In this document: piece after piece, positions 11,281 through 24,900 of the stretch | How positions within the stretch are numbered: the stretch's first letter is position 1 | How the letters are laid out: every line of letters starts with the position of its first letter | DNA from: Balanoglossus misakiensis | Taxonomy: Eukaryota; Animalia; Hemichordata | Length of the DNA stretch: 64,000 nt | Reading direction: 5' to 3' | Assembly: GCA_040954595.2 (NCBI GenBank) | Contig: CM082591.2 | Coordinates: 6,934,047 to 6,998,046 of the forward strand | Program-made: the position numbers and the translations under genes | Notes under the pieces: generated by a model | Told to the model about the DNA's origin: nothing | Database searches by the model: none | What the model saw: only the letters and a program-made list of their open reading frames with translations

Positions 11281-12144
11281 CTTATCATTGTATGCATGTC
11301 AACAATAGAATGCAACAGCTAGTATGAATAATGAGGATTTATTGGGGCATGTCGTCTGTAGTTTTTAAAACTTCTAAAGGTGCTTATTATACTCTTCAAA
11401 AACCTCACTGCAACTTCACGTGTTAATAGTACCTAATTTTCATGGTTTCCTTGGTAACTTATTTACAAACTTAAGCAGGTTATTCATAATGTTGATATCA
11501 TGATGTCAAAGCAGTTTTTGAGTTTGTTGCCATGGTTTTCAGAAGCCCTGTGACTGCATGTGGAACAGTGATCTAAGTACAACCAGCTAGAACTGCCCAG
11601 TGACATGGAAAGATTTGATTCTCAACACCACTGTAGCCTATATTAGTGGAGCGGCCAAACCCTAATTTTCAAAGCGATTGTGCATTTTGTGATAAAAGCA
11701 CCAAACTTGGCTCAGATGTGTGTTAATGTGTTCTAAACAAATTCAGATAGCGAGCCACTAAATATCTGTTGATGAGTTTCCATGGCAACCAATTTTTCAA
11801 AATGGCCACCAATACAGAAAATTTCACCCACCAAATAACAACTGTAAACACCAAAATAAATTTAGATAACTATATTTGATACAAGGAACTGTGGAAAGAA
11901 TGATTTGCAAAGATATTATGGTTACTAAACTACTTATAGGGGTAGGTAAGTTATCAAAACACAATTTAAAGGCGCAACTTTTAATCCCTTTGTTCTCGGA
12001 TTAATAGGTGTCTATGGTCAAACATTAGGCTAATTGCGATATTTTTAATAAACTGTCACTGTATGTGTATGTCATGATAATACAGAGAATATTTATATAT
12101 AATCTCCCAGTATTTCGAACGAGTATTACGTCAGCGAGGGACGA

Positions 12145-12216
12145 GTGACTCCCCCATAGCGGCCGTATCCCTCCGAGCCGATAGGCGAGGAGGGGATACA
12201 GCTATGGGGGAGTCAC
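12145..12216. repeat. GC-rich hairpin in AT-rich intergenic DNA, probably transposon-derived
   Basis: GTGACTCCCCCATAGC..GTATCCCTCC / GGAGGGGATAC.GCTATGGGGGAGTCAC inverted arms around GAGCCGATAGGCGA. Confidence 0.75.
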
Positions 12217-14019
12217 GATATTTTGAAAATCTGCTCAAAGCTGAACTTAGTATTGTAGGTTGAGCTTCATTTTGATCTGCGTACGCCTTTTCCCCTATAG
12301 AGGGCGCCCTTCCAAAACATGGTGTCATCTCCAAGCAGACAACACAAATTAAAATGAGTTCAGCATGCCGGAAGTAAAATTGATAATTAGGATATGCACA
12401 AATTACTTAGGATTATGTAAATGGTTTACAATCATGTTTATTAAAGTCTGCATGGCATCAGCATGGCATAAATTGTTTAGATAGATTTATTATTGATTGT
12501 GATAAAATGTGAGCTTTTTGAAAAATATTGCTTTAAGAAAAAGTTGATTAAAAGATGGCCAATTTTGAGATTTGCAAATCTGGGCATTTATTGAAATAAT
12601 ACATATCTTTCTGAACCAACTGTGTGTTTTGCTTTAAGCAAACACAAATCTGTTATCAAACAGAAAAATGAGCAACACTCATTCTTTTAGATAAAGTCAT
12701 TTTTGTTTTTGGATAATTGTGCATTTCAATTCAAAACACAAATGTGTGATAAAATTATGGAATTATGAAAAACATAATTTTTTTTTCTAACTTTGTGTAA
12801 AACTTACAGAGTTTATGCCAGATATTTGTATGCATTTGTCTAGTATGTTCACATTCAGAAAGCTAAATTTAAATATAGAATGTACTAATAGTTGCAAAAC
12901 GCTATAATATATGTAATTTATAGAATTTTAGAAAATATTTCCTTCAGCTACAAAGTATCTTCTCTCAATTTCAGGAGTAATCATCAGAAAAGGTATGGAT
13001 ACAAACAATTATTGCACACAATTGTCAGTTCTCATTTTTGGTGATCATTTTTAGATGAAAATAAAGAAATGGCAAAAAAATAATACAAACTCGTCTTTTG
13101 GAATCACTTTGCAATCACCAACGTAGTGGTGGTGGTGTTTGGGGGCGCACTTTTGGAGTTGGTCACAGACAGCTGCTTTCATATTGGACCGTACATGTCT
13201 GGGTCGGTCGTCAACAGAATCTCAACCTTATCTGACATTTCGATTTATTTGCAGTAAATTTATTCATGCTATTCATATCATGTAATCTATGACATCAACA
13301 TGTATATTTATGACTTCGACATTGTACATGTATATCAGAATTCGGTTACATAAGCATTTTGAACAAGTCTAATGTTATACATGAAATACATGCACTCTAT
13401 GGATATAAGAAATGGACGTGTAAAAATCTGTCAGCAACATAGAAAACAAAGTATATTGTTTTTCATTTTGATTTAAAGACAAGTTTTCAGTGACACGTGT
13501 TCTTGTTATATACTGACAATATGATTAGGAGGAATGGCTATGCCGTCAACACAAGATAGCATCACCGCAAAGTTTAGATTGCACAGCACACAGTGTACAC
13601 ATCGCCATTACGAAATCAACAGGTTGCATTTTTTGTCATTGAATGGGACGTCCCATTTGTTAAAAGAGGGGCTGCTTTGATTAAAAGTGAAACTAAAATA
13701 TGCAAGATATATATGCTCATAAATGACATTTTTGTTGCTTTCATGAAAGTGATCATTTTCCCAAATTATGGAATTTTTATATGCGTCTCAACATTTTCGC
13801 CAAACGACACCCCTTCGCCCCCACATTATAGCAGATAAATGCAGTTGCCAATTTCACCAGCATTTGCATATCGGCACAGCCATTTTTAAGTATGGGTAGT
13901 GAGGACAAAGGGAAGTTGTTTTATAATAGGTGGCGTTTGTGACGGTAGAACGTGTCGTTTAGTGACGACACACTGTAAAATCGATTACTTGTAAACATAA
14001 GAGTGTTGCAAATTTTCGG

Positions 14020-14062
14020 ATTGGTGACAAAGGCCATGTTACAGACGTCACTTGACTATAAA
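14020..14062 (+). promoter_or_regulatory. Candidate CPTP core promoter (inverted CCAAT, CRE-like, TATA)
   Basis: ATTGG at 14020, GACGTCA at 14044-14050, TATAAA at 14057-14062, ~70 bp upstream of the ATG. Confidence 0.4.
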
Positions 14063-14131
14063 CATACCACCAGAGCGGACAACTAGAACTCATTTTTAGA
14101 GAGTGGTCATTGCACTGTTACCACACAGGAA

Positions 14132-15699
14132 ATGGGAGGTGTTAATGCATTCGATCTGACAGTTGTTCTTGAAGAAGCTAAGGCTAGTCACCCCAAGGAG
14201 AACATTGTATTTCTTGATAAGTACTTAGCGGCATATTCTGAACTGGCCCGGTAAGTTGATCTTTTATTGATCAAAACTATATGTGTAATAAATCCGGATC
14301 ATTTGAATTGAAATGCCAAGCGAGCGCACCTTGGATTATACCATTCTCTGGCGGCGTAGGTTAGCATTGGGGTTAGGGTTAGCGTTACGTTAGCGTTATG
14401 ACTGTTTTTAAAATGACTTAGTTTTATGAATTAAATCAAGTTTCCGTTTTAAATTGGGCCATTTTGAATAAAATCATAACCATACCCTAACGCTAATGCT
14501 AACCTTAATGCTGACCATCGCCACCAGAGAATGGTAGAGTCCAAAGTGCACTCGCCTGGCATTTCAATTCAAAAGATCCATAAATCCCAAACGAGACACT
14601 TTATTACCAGGTGAAAGAAGTCTCGCTGACGACATTCATACTGCGTGTTGTATAACCCACCTATAGTGTGGCCAAATACAAATGTCAACAGAACACTAGT
14701 GTACATTTACACTTTGTTTTCACCGATCTAGCTGATTTCTACACAATTTGCTAGCTTTGAGGTCACTCTTTCAGAAACAAACATTTTCGCCATGTATAAG
14801 TCGCGCGTTTTTTTTTTTACAAAAACGAGGGAAAGTTGGCAGAATCACCAATATGGCATTTACTGTAATTTGAATCATGGGAAAAAAGTGCCAGGACCAA
14901 CTTCCGCCCACCTTGGTGTGGGTGATACCATTCTCCTATTGGTGTTACTGGGCGACAGACTAGGCGTATTTGCATAGCTATTGTTTGTACTTTGCATCAG
15001 TTGATAAACAATCAGGAGCAGAGTCGAAAATTTGTCATCTGTTGACAGTTTTTATGAGCTATAACCCATGAAAAATATGCAAATACGCTTAGCCTGTCAC
15101 GCATATGGATTTCCTTCAATGATTGCACGATTCTGCTTTGTTCTGCATCAACAACTTTTTGAATTTGTTTAATTTTCAGTTTCTTTGACCTACTCGGACC
15201 TATTTTCGCTTTTGTGGCTAAAGATCTACGGGACAAAATCCACACACTTGAACAACATCAAAAATCCGATCATGGTGATCACTACAGGACGGTACAATCC
15301 ATGATGAAATACGAAGTTGAACACAACATAGCGAAAGGCAAATCACACCACGGTTTGCATTCAGGATGCAAAACGTTAATGCGACTGCACCGGCCGCTGG
15401 AATTCATCATGGAGTTTATGCGACAGTTTCGAGACAGTGACGATTCGAAGAAGGTTGCGGTGCTCGCCATTGATGTGTACGACAGAACGCTCGCTAAACA
15501 TCACATGTGGATCATACGCAAGATGGCTCACATTGCAGTGTATACTCTGCCGGGACGGAGGGCGTTGATGGAGACTTTGTGTAAACAGCATCCTGAAAGA
15601 GTTGTCGAACTGATCACTCCAGTTGTAGCAGCTATTCAAATTATCTATGATGAAATCCAAGAGCTCTATGCAATGTACGGTCTATTAAAATTGTGGTGA
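14132..15699 (+). CDS. CPTP: Ceramide-1-phosphate transfer protein (GLTP fold, CPTP/GLTPD1-like), 212 aa
   Basis: Exons 14132-14250 (MGGVNAFDL...YSELAR, donor CG|GTAAGT) and 15180-15699 (acceptor ttttcag|T). Motifs FFDLLGPIFAFVAKDLRDKI, SGCKTLMRLHR, LAKHHMWIIRK, YTLPGR match the CPTP family. Confidence 0.92.
14296..14579. mobile_element. Palindromic MITE with degenerate TTAGGG-like internal repeats, in CPTP intron
   Basis: Long imperfect TIRs GGATCATTTGAATTGAAATGCCA / TGGCATTTCAATTCAAAAGATCC; 8-bp TSD ATAAATCC at 14288-14295 and 14580-14587. Confidence 0.88.
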
Positions 15700-15740
15700 T
15701 TTACATTTATATGTACCAGCTCGAGAGTGTTCAATTCTTT

Positions 15741-16041
15741 TTAACTCATCCTCGCGCTAAATTTAACAAAACTTACGGACAGAGAGCTTTTTCAGTTTGT
15801 GCACCCATTTTATGGAAAAATTTACCTATTGATATCAAAACCGCCAGAAATGTCAATATTTTTAAGCGTAATTTGAAAACATACCTTTTTACTCAGTTTT
15901 ATGTGTAATGTGTTCGTGTGATTGTGTCCTTTTAACTATTTTTACCAGCCTTGTATTTTTTAATCTACTCTTTTAGCTATGTACAATGCGCTGATACATA
16001 TGTGTAGCGTATTTTAAACAATTCTTAATAATTATAATAAT
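15741..16041 (+). mobile_element. Short 3' fragment of CR1/L2-group LINE in the CPTP 3' UTR region
   Basis: Encodes KTYGQRAFSVCAPILWKNLP..FKRNLKTYLF; (TAA)-rich tail; 11-bp TSD TTCAATTCTTT at 15730-15740 and 16042-16052. Confidence 0.88.
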
Positions 16042-16059
16042 TTCAATTCTTTGTATTAA

Positions 16060-16407
16060 AGCCTCTGGGGCTGCCACTTTTGCATGATTTGCATGATTTT
16101 ATTTTCAAACTTTAAGGTCCATCTAAATAAGCTTACTGATAGGTATACATGTCCACCTTATCGATGCCCGATTGTGACTGCATGTTGCAATTTGAACACG
16201 CTACGTATAAAACAGGTGCTGCACCAATTTAATCAGCCTCCATACAAACAGTACACAGCTATCGTGGTATACGTCGCCAAGAGATGACAAACTGATGCAA
16301 ATGCAAGTAAATATAGCTTAATGGTGAGGATTTTAGAGGATAGGGAATATATTTGAAGTATTTTACTGTGGAAAAAAATTATGTGAAATTTGGCAGCTAT
16401 AGGGGCT
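16060..16407. mobile_element. TTAA-flanked (Kolobok-like) MITE family A
   Basis: TTAA|AGCCTCTGGGGCTGCCA ... TGGCAGCTATAGGGGCT|TTAA; reverse-oriented relatives at 30142 and 55464. Confidence 0.82.
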
Positions 16408-17178
16408 TTAATCTTGACTCGCACTTAATTTCATGTAAGTTTACACCCAAATAATATTCATTGTATAATACTTACATGGACAAACAATTCGGAATTCTAG
16501 CGTTGTGCACTGAAGTCCACAGCAACTGTCAATTGAATGACTGACAGTACATAACATGACCCGAAGTTCTGTTATATATTGTTGTATTGTGTTGGGTAAA
16601 ATCTTAGTTGCTTTCACTGGTGTTATGATTTCAGTTCAAACTTTATGGGGAGAAAAAATTAAACTTATTTTATGTATTTTGAAATCAACAACAGAGTATC
16701 CAGCTAAGCCGTAGAAGCTGTATTTGACTACCATGTATTTTGACTCATGATTTTGCACATACTTTGAACAAAATTGTTATCAGTATTATGTTTTATGGGT
16801 GGATTTTAATTTAATTTGATTGTGAATATTACGCACAGAATACAAGAGTACAGAAAACGGAAGAATATAGAAGAATTGATGTTTACAAAGTATTCAAGAG
16901 AGGTCTGCTTGAATCGTTTATTATTATCCAACAAGGAATTTTACCTTGAATTGTTTACAACATAGGCAGTGAAAGGTGATTTACTCATAAATACAAGATT
17001 ACTAAAGAAGAGGCGTGAACTTTTCATTGTGTGTTACATATTTCATGTAATGGAATGTAAATATTTGTATAAAGTGCCATGATGGAGATGATTGTTAACT
17101 CCCAAAATTGAAACTTGACCTAGGATCAATTAAAAGTCACTGAACCAATATTTCTGAGAATAAAATTTAGGAGTACAT

Positions 17179-17238
17179 GTCTGTCTGTCTGCCTGCCTGC
17201 CTGTCTGTCTGTATGTATGTATGTATGTATGTATGTAT
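17179..17238. repeat. (GTCT)n/(GTAT)n microsatellite
   Basis: Direct observation. Confidence 0.9.
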
Positions 17239-17243
17239 TTGGT

Positions 17244-17314
17244 TAGCCCGGAGACCAGGGCGTCGATTCTAGAATACAACGCCGTCTCTTTTCGACGCCC
17301 TGGTCTCCGGGCTA
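17244..17314. mobile_element. 71-bp hairpin MITE with TAG..CTA termini (AcademH-like)
   Basis: TIR TAGCCCGGAGACCAGGGCGTCGA; 9-bp flanks GTATTTGGT / GTATTTTGT. Confidence 0.8.
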
Positions 17315-17467
17315 GTATTTTGTACATATTATATATGTATACGAGGTATGCGGTTCTACTGGTCCGATAAAACGAGCTAAATACAAGAGTAGAGCGGAGT
17401 ATAAGGAAGGGTAGTAGGAGAAACGAAAGACGGTAAAATCGCTGTTTCGTGAATCACTCAATCATAT

Positions 17468-17826
17468 GTGTTCTGCGCTTCAGAACGGAATATGCAAATG
17501 ACGAGACGGTGTTTGGAAGCATCCATGGATATTTTAGAACAAAACGTCGATCTACAGAGTCTACCGGAAAACTTTCTTTTGCGCTCAGGCCTACGTGTTC
17601 TACGCATCACAACGGAATATGCAAATGACGAGACGGTGTTTGGAAGCATCCGTGGATATTTTAGAACAAAACGTCGATCTACAGAGTTTACCGGAAAACT
17701 TTCTTTTTCGCTCAGGCTTATGTGTTCTACGCATCACAACGGAATATGCAAATGACGAAATGGTGTTTGAAGCATCCATGGATATTTTAGAACAAAACGT
17801 CGATCTACAGAGTCTACCGGAAAACT
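17468..17826 (+). repeat. 127-bp tandem repeat, ~2.8 copies
   Basis: gtgttct..ggaatatgcaaatgacga..gatctacagag starts at 17468, 17595 and 17722. Confidence 0.95.
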
Positions 17827-18384
17827 TGGCTAATCAAGGTATCGATATTCATTATAGTTTTATGCATACAGAAACTAAACCCATCTCTCTAATTTCTGAC
17901 ATTGTTTTCAATAGAACACAACCCACGATTGCATGTTAAATGTATACATTTATTTTTATATTCATGTTCTGCTATATTCACTTAGAAACATTCAAAATTA
18001 ATTGCAAAAGATCACTAGAGAGATCTTAAGACAATTTTCTCATTCCTCAAAGATATACTAGTACATTGTTGTACTTCAGTTTGGCAACCAGTGCAAACCC
18101 AACAAACAGCGACTAACGAATGATTGAAAGAAAATCATGTATTTGTAATTATTGAAGGTATAGTTCATATGAAAACTTATAATTACGTAATTAACACATG
18201 TCACCTCTTTCGAGATTAAACCGCAGAACAAAAAATCAGACGAGTTTGTATGTGCTACAACTATCCATTTACGTAATGATTTGCTGAGAGCCATCCGCTA
18301 TAATTGTAAGATTTTACATTAACGGTAAAATTGGAAATGAATAAACAAATAATTCAGTAAGGCCAGAAAGGATACTTGAATTAA

Positions 18385-18731
18385 AGGGACAAAGTCTCTC
18401 TCTCGCTGCCCCTTTTCTATTCATTATGTTTGATACAAGACACCGTTTGTTATTCTACATGTGGCTATATAGTGAACGAATCAACGTTTAATCACACACA
18501 CCTTCCATCCCGTTTGTTGGATATGAGAGTAAAAACTCGCCCGAAATGAATAAATGGTAGAGACCGATTGTTCATTTTGGCGAGTTCTTCACTCTTCTAT
18601 CTTCAAGTTGGATGGAAGGTATGGGTGGTTGAACGTTCATTCACTACATATCCATATGTAGAATAAAATAGTGTGTTGTATCAAACATAATTAATGGAAA
18701 AAGGGCAGCGAGAGAGAGATACTTTGTCCCT
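18385..18731. mobile_element. TTAA-flanked palindromic MITE family B
   Basis: TTAA|AGGGACAAAGTCTCTCTCTCGCTGCCC ... GGGCAGCGAGAGAGAGATACTTTGTCCCT|TTAA. Confidence 0.88.
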
Positions 18732-18923
18732 TTAATGATTGAAACTCGGAAGTCTTTTGTGCTATAATGAATACTATAGAATTATGAATACTGGTTTAAA
18801 ATCTCGGTTTCTGATTATACACTGAGGGTTTGAACTATATTTTTAACAACTTGAAACATGTGACGGAAATGTCACATGTTCATCCCGTTTAATGTTTTCC
18901 AAATACATCTCCAGCTGTTAATC

Positions 18924-21900
18924 TCACTTAAAACTGATCAGATATTCAGGATAAGCCATGGCATCTCGGAAGACGACGAACATAATTGGGTTCAACTGAT
19001 TGTCGACGACACTATCATAAGCATCAAGTTCGTCCTTTGGGTTCTTGGGAGGTGGTACAATCATTTTGGAGTTGCCGACTGTGTAGAGTCCCGTCAAAAC
19101 TCGTGCCAAATACATGTTCATAGTGCCACTGCTGTCAGACTCCGCATATCCACTGGCAGAGTATGACGCTTGCACTGCAAAGTAGGTGCCTTTTCCATAC
19201 GCGGTAGCTGTCATAAATTAAAAGTTATGAATGTTGCGCCATGATTCGATATGAGCAATATTCTACGTACCATAAGAACTGGCTGCGTTAAATAGGTTTT
19301 CACTTTGTGCTAGGGGGTCAAATCATATTATAATAATTGCATTCTGGGTAAAAAGTCGACAACACACTGTAGTAAGAGATAGAAGAAATGATATGTTTAT
19401 TGTATTTCATGACTTCCTTTGGTCAAACATTTCTGCCTTTGTAGTTGTAATATTAAAGTCAATCAACTTTTTTCATTTGTTTCTGTTATACAAAGTATCA
19501 GATTGACGCAATATCATTTAAGCTTATGAACTCCCATTTCTTAAACATGACAAAAATCGGCCATCTTGAAATTGTGTCGACCTTGTGAGATTTTCATCAC
19601 TCACTTAGGTAGCTTAAAACCTATTTAAGTTAGGGAAAATTGTAACGTAAAAGACTTACCATTTTTACCGGCGAAGCTTCTGTTAAATCCTCCAGCGTTG
19701 ATCTTGTCAATGGAATCTGCACTGGTACCGTGAAATAATTTGCGTTCATTCTGCGTTCCCGGTGGATTCTTTTCCTCCATGGCTTCCTTAAGTACCATAT
19801 ACTGACGATACAACTTTTCATTTTGTATACGTTGTATCTAAATAATACATAAATAAACCTTTGATGTGTACTAACTATCATTCACAGTGAAGCATACGTA
19901 CATCCAATGCAAGGCACGACAAGTCATGTTTAGAAACCTAAAGTAAATTGCGTTATCCACACTTAGCGATGCTTGACCGTTCTTTCACTTAACTCAGTGT
20001 AGTCGATCACAGGTATACAATAGAGAGTCCGAGATTCAGGAAGGATAAACGTACCTGTACAGTTTGCTTGGGAGTATATGTTTTCCTGAAATATGCGTCG
20101 ACGTTTTTATATTCCGGAGACTGGGGATTTAGGGGCACGCTTTTGAATCGACCGGTGGGAGGCATTGGATCCCAATTTGCGGGAACACCACCTGGTGGCA
20201 GATAAAAAGAAAACGTTTAAACCTAATACAACAGAAGTTATGGTTAAGTTTCAGCTCAGTTAAAGGGACAAAGTCTCTCTCTCGCTGCCCATTTTCATTA
20301 ATTATGTTTGATACAATGCACTGTTTATGTTATTCTACATTGTGGATATATAGTGAATCAACGTTCGACCACACACAACTTCCATCCCGTTTGTAGGATA
20401 TGAGAGTAAAAATCTCGCCAAAATGAATAAACGGTAAACACCGATTATTCATTTTGGCAAGTTTTTATCTCTCATGTCTACAAGCAGGGTGGAAGTTGCG
20501 TGTTGTCCGAACGTTGATTCACTATATATCCACATGTAGAATAACATAAACGACGTCTTGTATCAAACATGATTGCTAGAAAAAGGGCAGCGAGAGAGAG
20601 ACTTTGTCCCTTTAATATTTGTGATGCATACCCCGATGAAACAACATTTGGGTCACCTGTGTCTTGTCATATTATGAATTTTATAATACAGCAATGCTGT
20701 GTCGATGTATACTTACTTTGTTTTTCCACCCTCCTGACAGAAACCTTAGGTGCCACATTGTGCAGGTCAATCTCTTGCATGTCTTTGAAAACGATTCTGT
20801 ATTTACCACCGTCAATTTCAAAATCTACTGAAGGCTTCTTGTCTACGTGAGCCATTTCTATTATTCCCGTCACCCTTTCATCATAGTCTTCAAAAGTGCC
20901 ATCGTCGCCGAACTTCCATCGGACGTTCTTTGCCAAGTCCTTCTGTCGCTTTTCGTTGTGAATCTTGGTAGCCAGTTCGTCCAAAATCGAGTTGGCCTTT
21001 GTCTGTACCGTAAGAACATCATTACCTAGGCCTTTTATCACAAGAGTAGGAGTACCCGACATGGTGGCTTCTCTCACGGCAACCTGGAACAGAAGAGCTA
21101 ATCAAGTTAAAGGGGAAGGGTCACTTGAAATGCGCATGTGCGAATTACACCACACATACAATGGTCACAAAAGCATTTACTAAGGATCACCGTCAGAGCG
21201 CGTACTAAGACACACAGACAAAAGTGTTTGCCATTCATAAAAATATCATTATCATATTTCAACAGGAAAACGCCGCAGTGTCAGCTTTTCGGCCAATTCT
21301 GAGTTCCTGTGGTCTAAATAAAGGGAATGATATTTACATGTATACGTACGTTGTGTTGCAGGCCAATTAGTACAATATTCTTAAAGTCTTCATCACTTAA
21401 ATGCTGGACATGTTTGTGTATCTTCTGTAAAAATTAAAAAAAAACAGTGAAGAGTGATGGCATGTTCGAAATGAACCAGATTTATTTCATATAGGCCGTT
21501 CACATTACTCAAAAAAGGTTAGGCCCTTGTCCTAGCAAGGTATGTGGCCTAGCAAAAAACAGGTGTGAACGGGTCTGGCCGACCCTTGTCCGGACAATTT
21601 GGTCCCAGTCGAATGGGGTGGTGTGTGGTCGACTCTGGTCCGACTCTGGTCCCAGCCAGGTGTGTGTGTACACGTTTTGTCCGACTCTTGTCCTAGTTGA
21701 CACCTTTTACACTTGACATAAACAGTGTAGTCTATCATTTGACAATGGTGACAATCGCATTAAACAACCAGAAGAGGACCAACATGGTTCTGCTTTATAA
21801 GGTCAAAGGTTGGCGAGACGACTTTTGCCAGGACTATGCCAAACACAATGTGAACGGGGACTAAAAGATTAGCTTATCTTCTCACAATCATCAATTAGGA

Positions 21901-24900
21901 ACTAACAGATGTAAATACTATCTCAAATACTTCAGAACAGCATATTCTGCAGTAGTTTTCACAAATACGTATTTTTTAAGCTCGCATAAGACTTTCCAAA
22001 CTCCAAACTTACATGTTCAGTTGTTTCCTCCCTGATGTACGTCTGTAACTTCTTTACAGCGCCACCAATGTTCGCTTTTGAGTCAGAGTAGAAATTCAGT
22101 GTCAGTGTCTCGAGCTCCGTATGACTTGTCCAACCAGCTGCACTGCTCTCTGATTCGTTGTTGCCGGTGAATTTTGTTTTAATCGTCGAACCAATCGCAG
22201 ACGCCTTTCCTACAAAAGAACACGTTGTTTTGAAGTGCTGTGTCAGTTATGACTCTAGAATCGTGGATTTTATACATAATGTTATAATACACTGCACTCA
22301 CCGAACTACCATGATCCGTATCGACAATCAGTTAATAATGCATTGAGACGGAAAGTTAATATTATTTACCAATATATCCTTGAATATTCATCAGATTCTG
22401 TCAGCATTGACATATGACCTGCTTGTAACATTTCAATAAGTTATATCATACAATGTGCTTTCAGGTACTGTAAATTATATACTTGTGACATGTATCCAAT
22501 TCAAATTTCTAACTTACCAAGAACCTTCGAAATCACACCCTTGGTTTCTTCCACTGGTTTTCCTTGGAATTCTTTCATAACATTTTGGAACGTTTTGCAG
22601 TCTTCGGACTTGAAAATCACGACTCTGATATCCGTCAATGTTTGTGGCGTACACTTGTAGGAGAAGCTACCGATGGTGTCTAAAATTTTACCGATGACCT
22701 TTTTGGGCGCCATTTTTAATATTCCTACAAGAAAGCAGGACAAGCGCTTGAGGATTCGAGTGATTTACAACCAATCAAATGCCAAGCCTCTAAACGGAAG
22801 AATACCTCACTCTCTCCCAAAATCAGATGCCACGAGATATCTCTTTAAAGGTACTCGGTCACCTCCAATTTACATACGCCCATATATGGCTAAAATTGAG
22901 CATTTCAGTGTTCTAAAGAACAAATGGTGTCGCTCTTTTTTCGCGTGTGCCACCCACTACAAATCTGTAATTGGCTAGATCTCAATTTGCCATGGTAACT
23001 GTAGCTAAATTTACATAGGTGACCATATACCTTTAACCATGCACTGAAAATAGACACTTCTTTATTTACACGGAACACTGTTACATTTGTGTGTATTGGT
23101 TTATGACAATAGGAGAGATCACTGCTCGCGCTTAAAATAAAACTCACACGAATTTATACCAAAACTACTACCTGTTCCTAGTAAGGGCATGGATATGCTT
23201 TGGAAGTTACTGTCTTCTGCCAATTTGAACACATCGAATAGTGTCTTTTCGAAGTTTCCCGGTTTTAATACGACATGGATGATTTTTCGGCACTTCAGGT
23301 TTCCAGCATTGGTCGTAACTATGCTCCCACGTTTCAGTTTTCCTATAAAAGAAATGACAATGTCTTTAAACTAAATTAAACTACACTAAACTTACACTAA
23401 ACGAAACTAAACTAAACTAAACTAAACTAAACTAAACTAAACCAAACCATTAACTGTAGTGAAGTTTTCATGAGACCTTAAGGTCTTTAAACTCTGCTCC
23501 CATCCACCTGTCTTAGACTTTCCTTAAACTTGAATATTATATCTTTAATATACCTACCAAGACGTTTACATTCTTTGGCTATAGAAGCCCCGCCTGCTTG
23601 AAGTATTGCTGACTGAATACCAGTACCTGTAACAATCACAATAACACATATACATATATGTATATTGTACATTTTTCGCCTATACGTGTACATAAGATAC
23701 ATTCAAAGTTACCCTTCCTGAATCTTTCTTGTGATCCAATTGTCACTTTCTTAAAGGAGAAGTTCTGACCAGCCTGAATTTGCCTTTTGAGTTGAAATGA
23801 GTTACCTCTCTTGCCAATCTTTCATAAAATTTAATGATAGCATCACACATTTAATGAGGAGAGCTTTTCGAAATAAATAATATGTGTTGCGCCATTTCCC
23901 CTAATTATCCCCAATTATAGTGCCCCTTAGCGTCATTTTCTGGCAAGTTTACACCTTTGTATGACGCGTTGTTTTCGTGTTACTGAGAAGGAGTTAGGGG
24001 GTCCTTCTGGGGAGCCTCAATCTGTACATAGTATTAAGACATACTCAACGTTAGTATCGAGATTAAAGAAAAAGTTCATACATGGTCTTGCCTCAACACC
24101 GTAAGAGAAAGTGAAATATAAGAAAAATTCACCTCTGTCAAGATCGAGATCTTCATTTGTGCTGTTGATTATGGCATCCGTTGTTTCAGCTGTGATGTCT
24201 CCATGACAGGCTTCCAACCGAATTCTCCCAATCATCATATGACCATCTTTGATGGTATCTTGTGTAAATTCTGAGTACATGGATGGCTTGGTTTCTGAAA
24301 AATCACAAATGTTTAGATCAGTCCGGCTGAAAAGTAAAACAGTCTTGTGCAGGTAATGACAACAGTTAAACTGTCGAGAGTTTCAACGCGTGACTTTTCA
24401 TTTGAAAGTTGTTCCCATATTTTCGAATAAATCATTATTTCTAGGAAATGGAAACTAAAACATTACCATGTCTTTTTCGAGTTGTCTTTACCGAAGCTTC
24501 TGGGGAGTCTGACGTACCAGTAGGTACATGTATCTTTTGCATTTCATCCTCAAATGCCTAAAAGGGAAAAAGATACAGACGTAATCTGTGGTCAGTCATT
24601 CCATACTAAAAATCATATTTAATCCGTATTAAAGGCGCGACTGGATTGCATTAACACGTATCATGTTCACACAGGGTATAATTTGTGACACTATTTGCCT
24701 ATGGTAAACACAGAGCATTAATCATTTCAGTCGCATTGTGTCCACACACACAAAGTTTATGTATAGGCGCTAAGTCTCGGGCCCCATAGACAATGGAGTG
24801 CGGAGAGGTGTTAATCCTTACACCAGCTCAGGTCTGGCCGGGAAAGCCGTCTCAACGCGGACACGTTTTAGGACCACTTACACTGTCCACACATGTTTTT

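Noticed and set aside
17468-17939. Repeat array as CRISPR, or its ORFs as genes
   Set aside because: Contiguous 127-bp units with no unique spacers, no cas genes, eukaryotic context; ORFs are repeat read-through.
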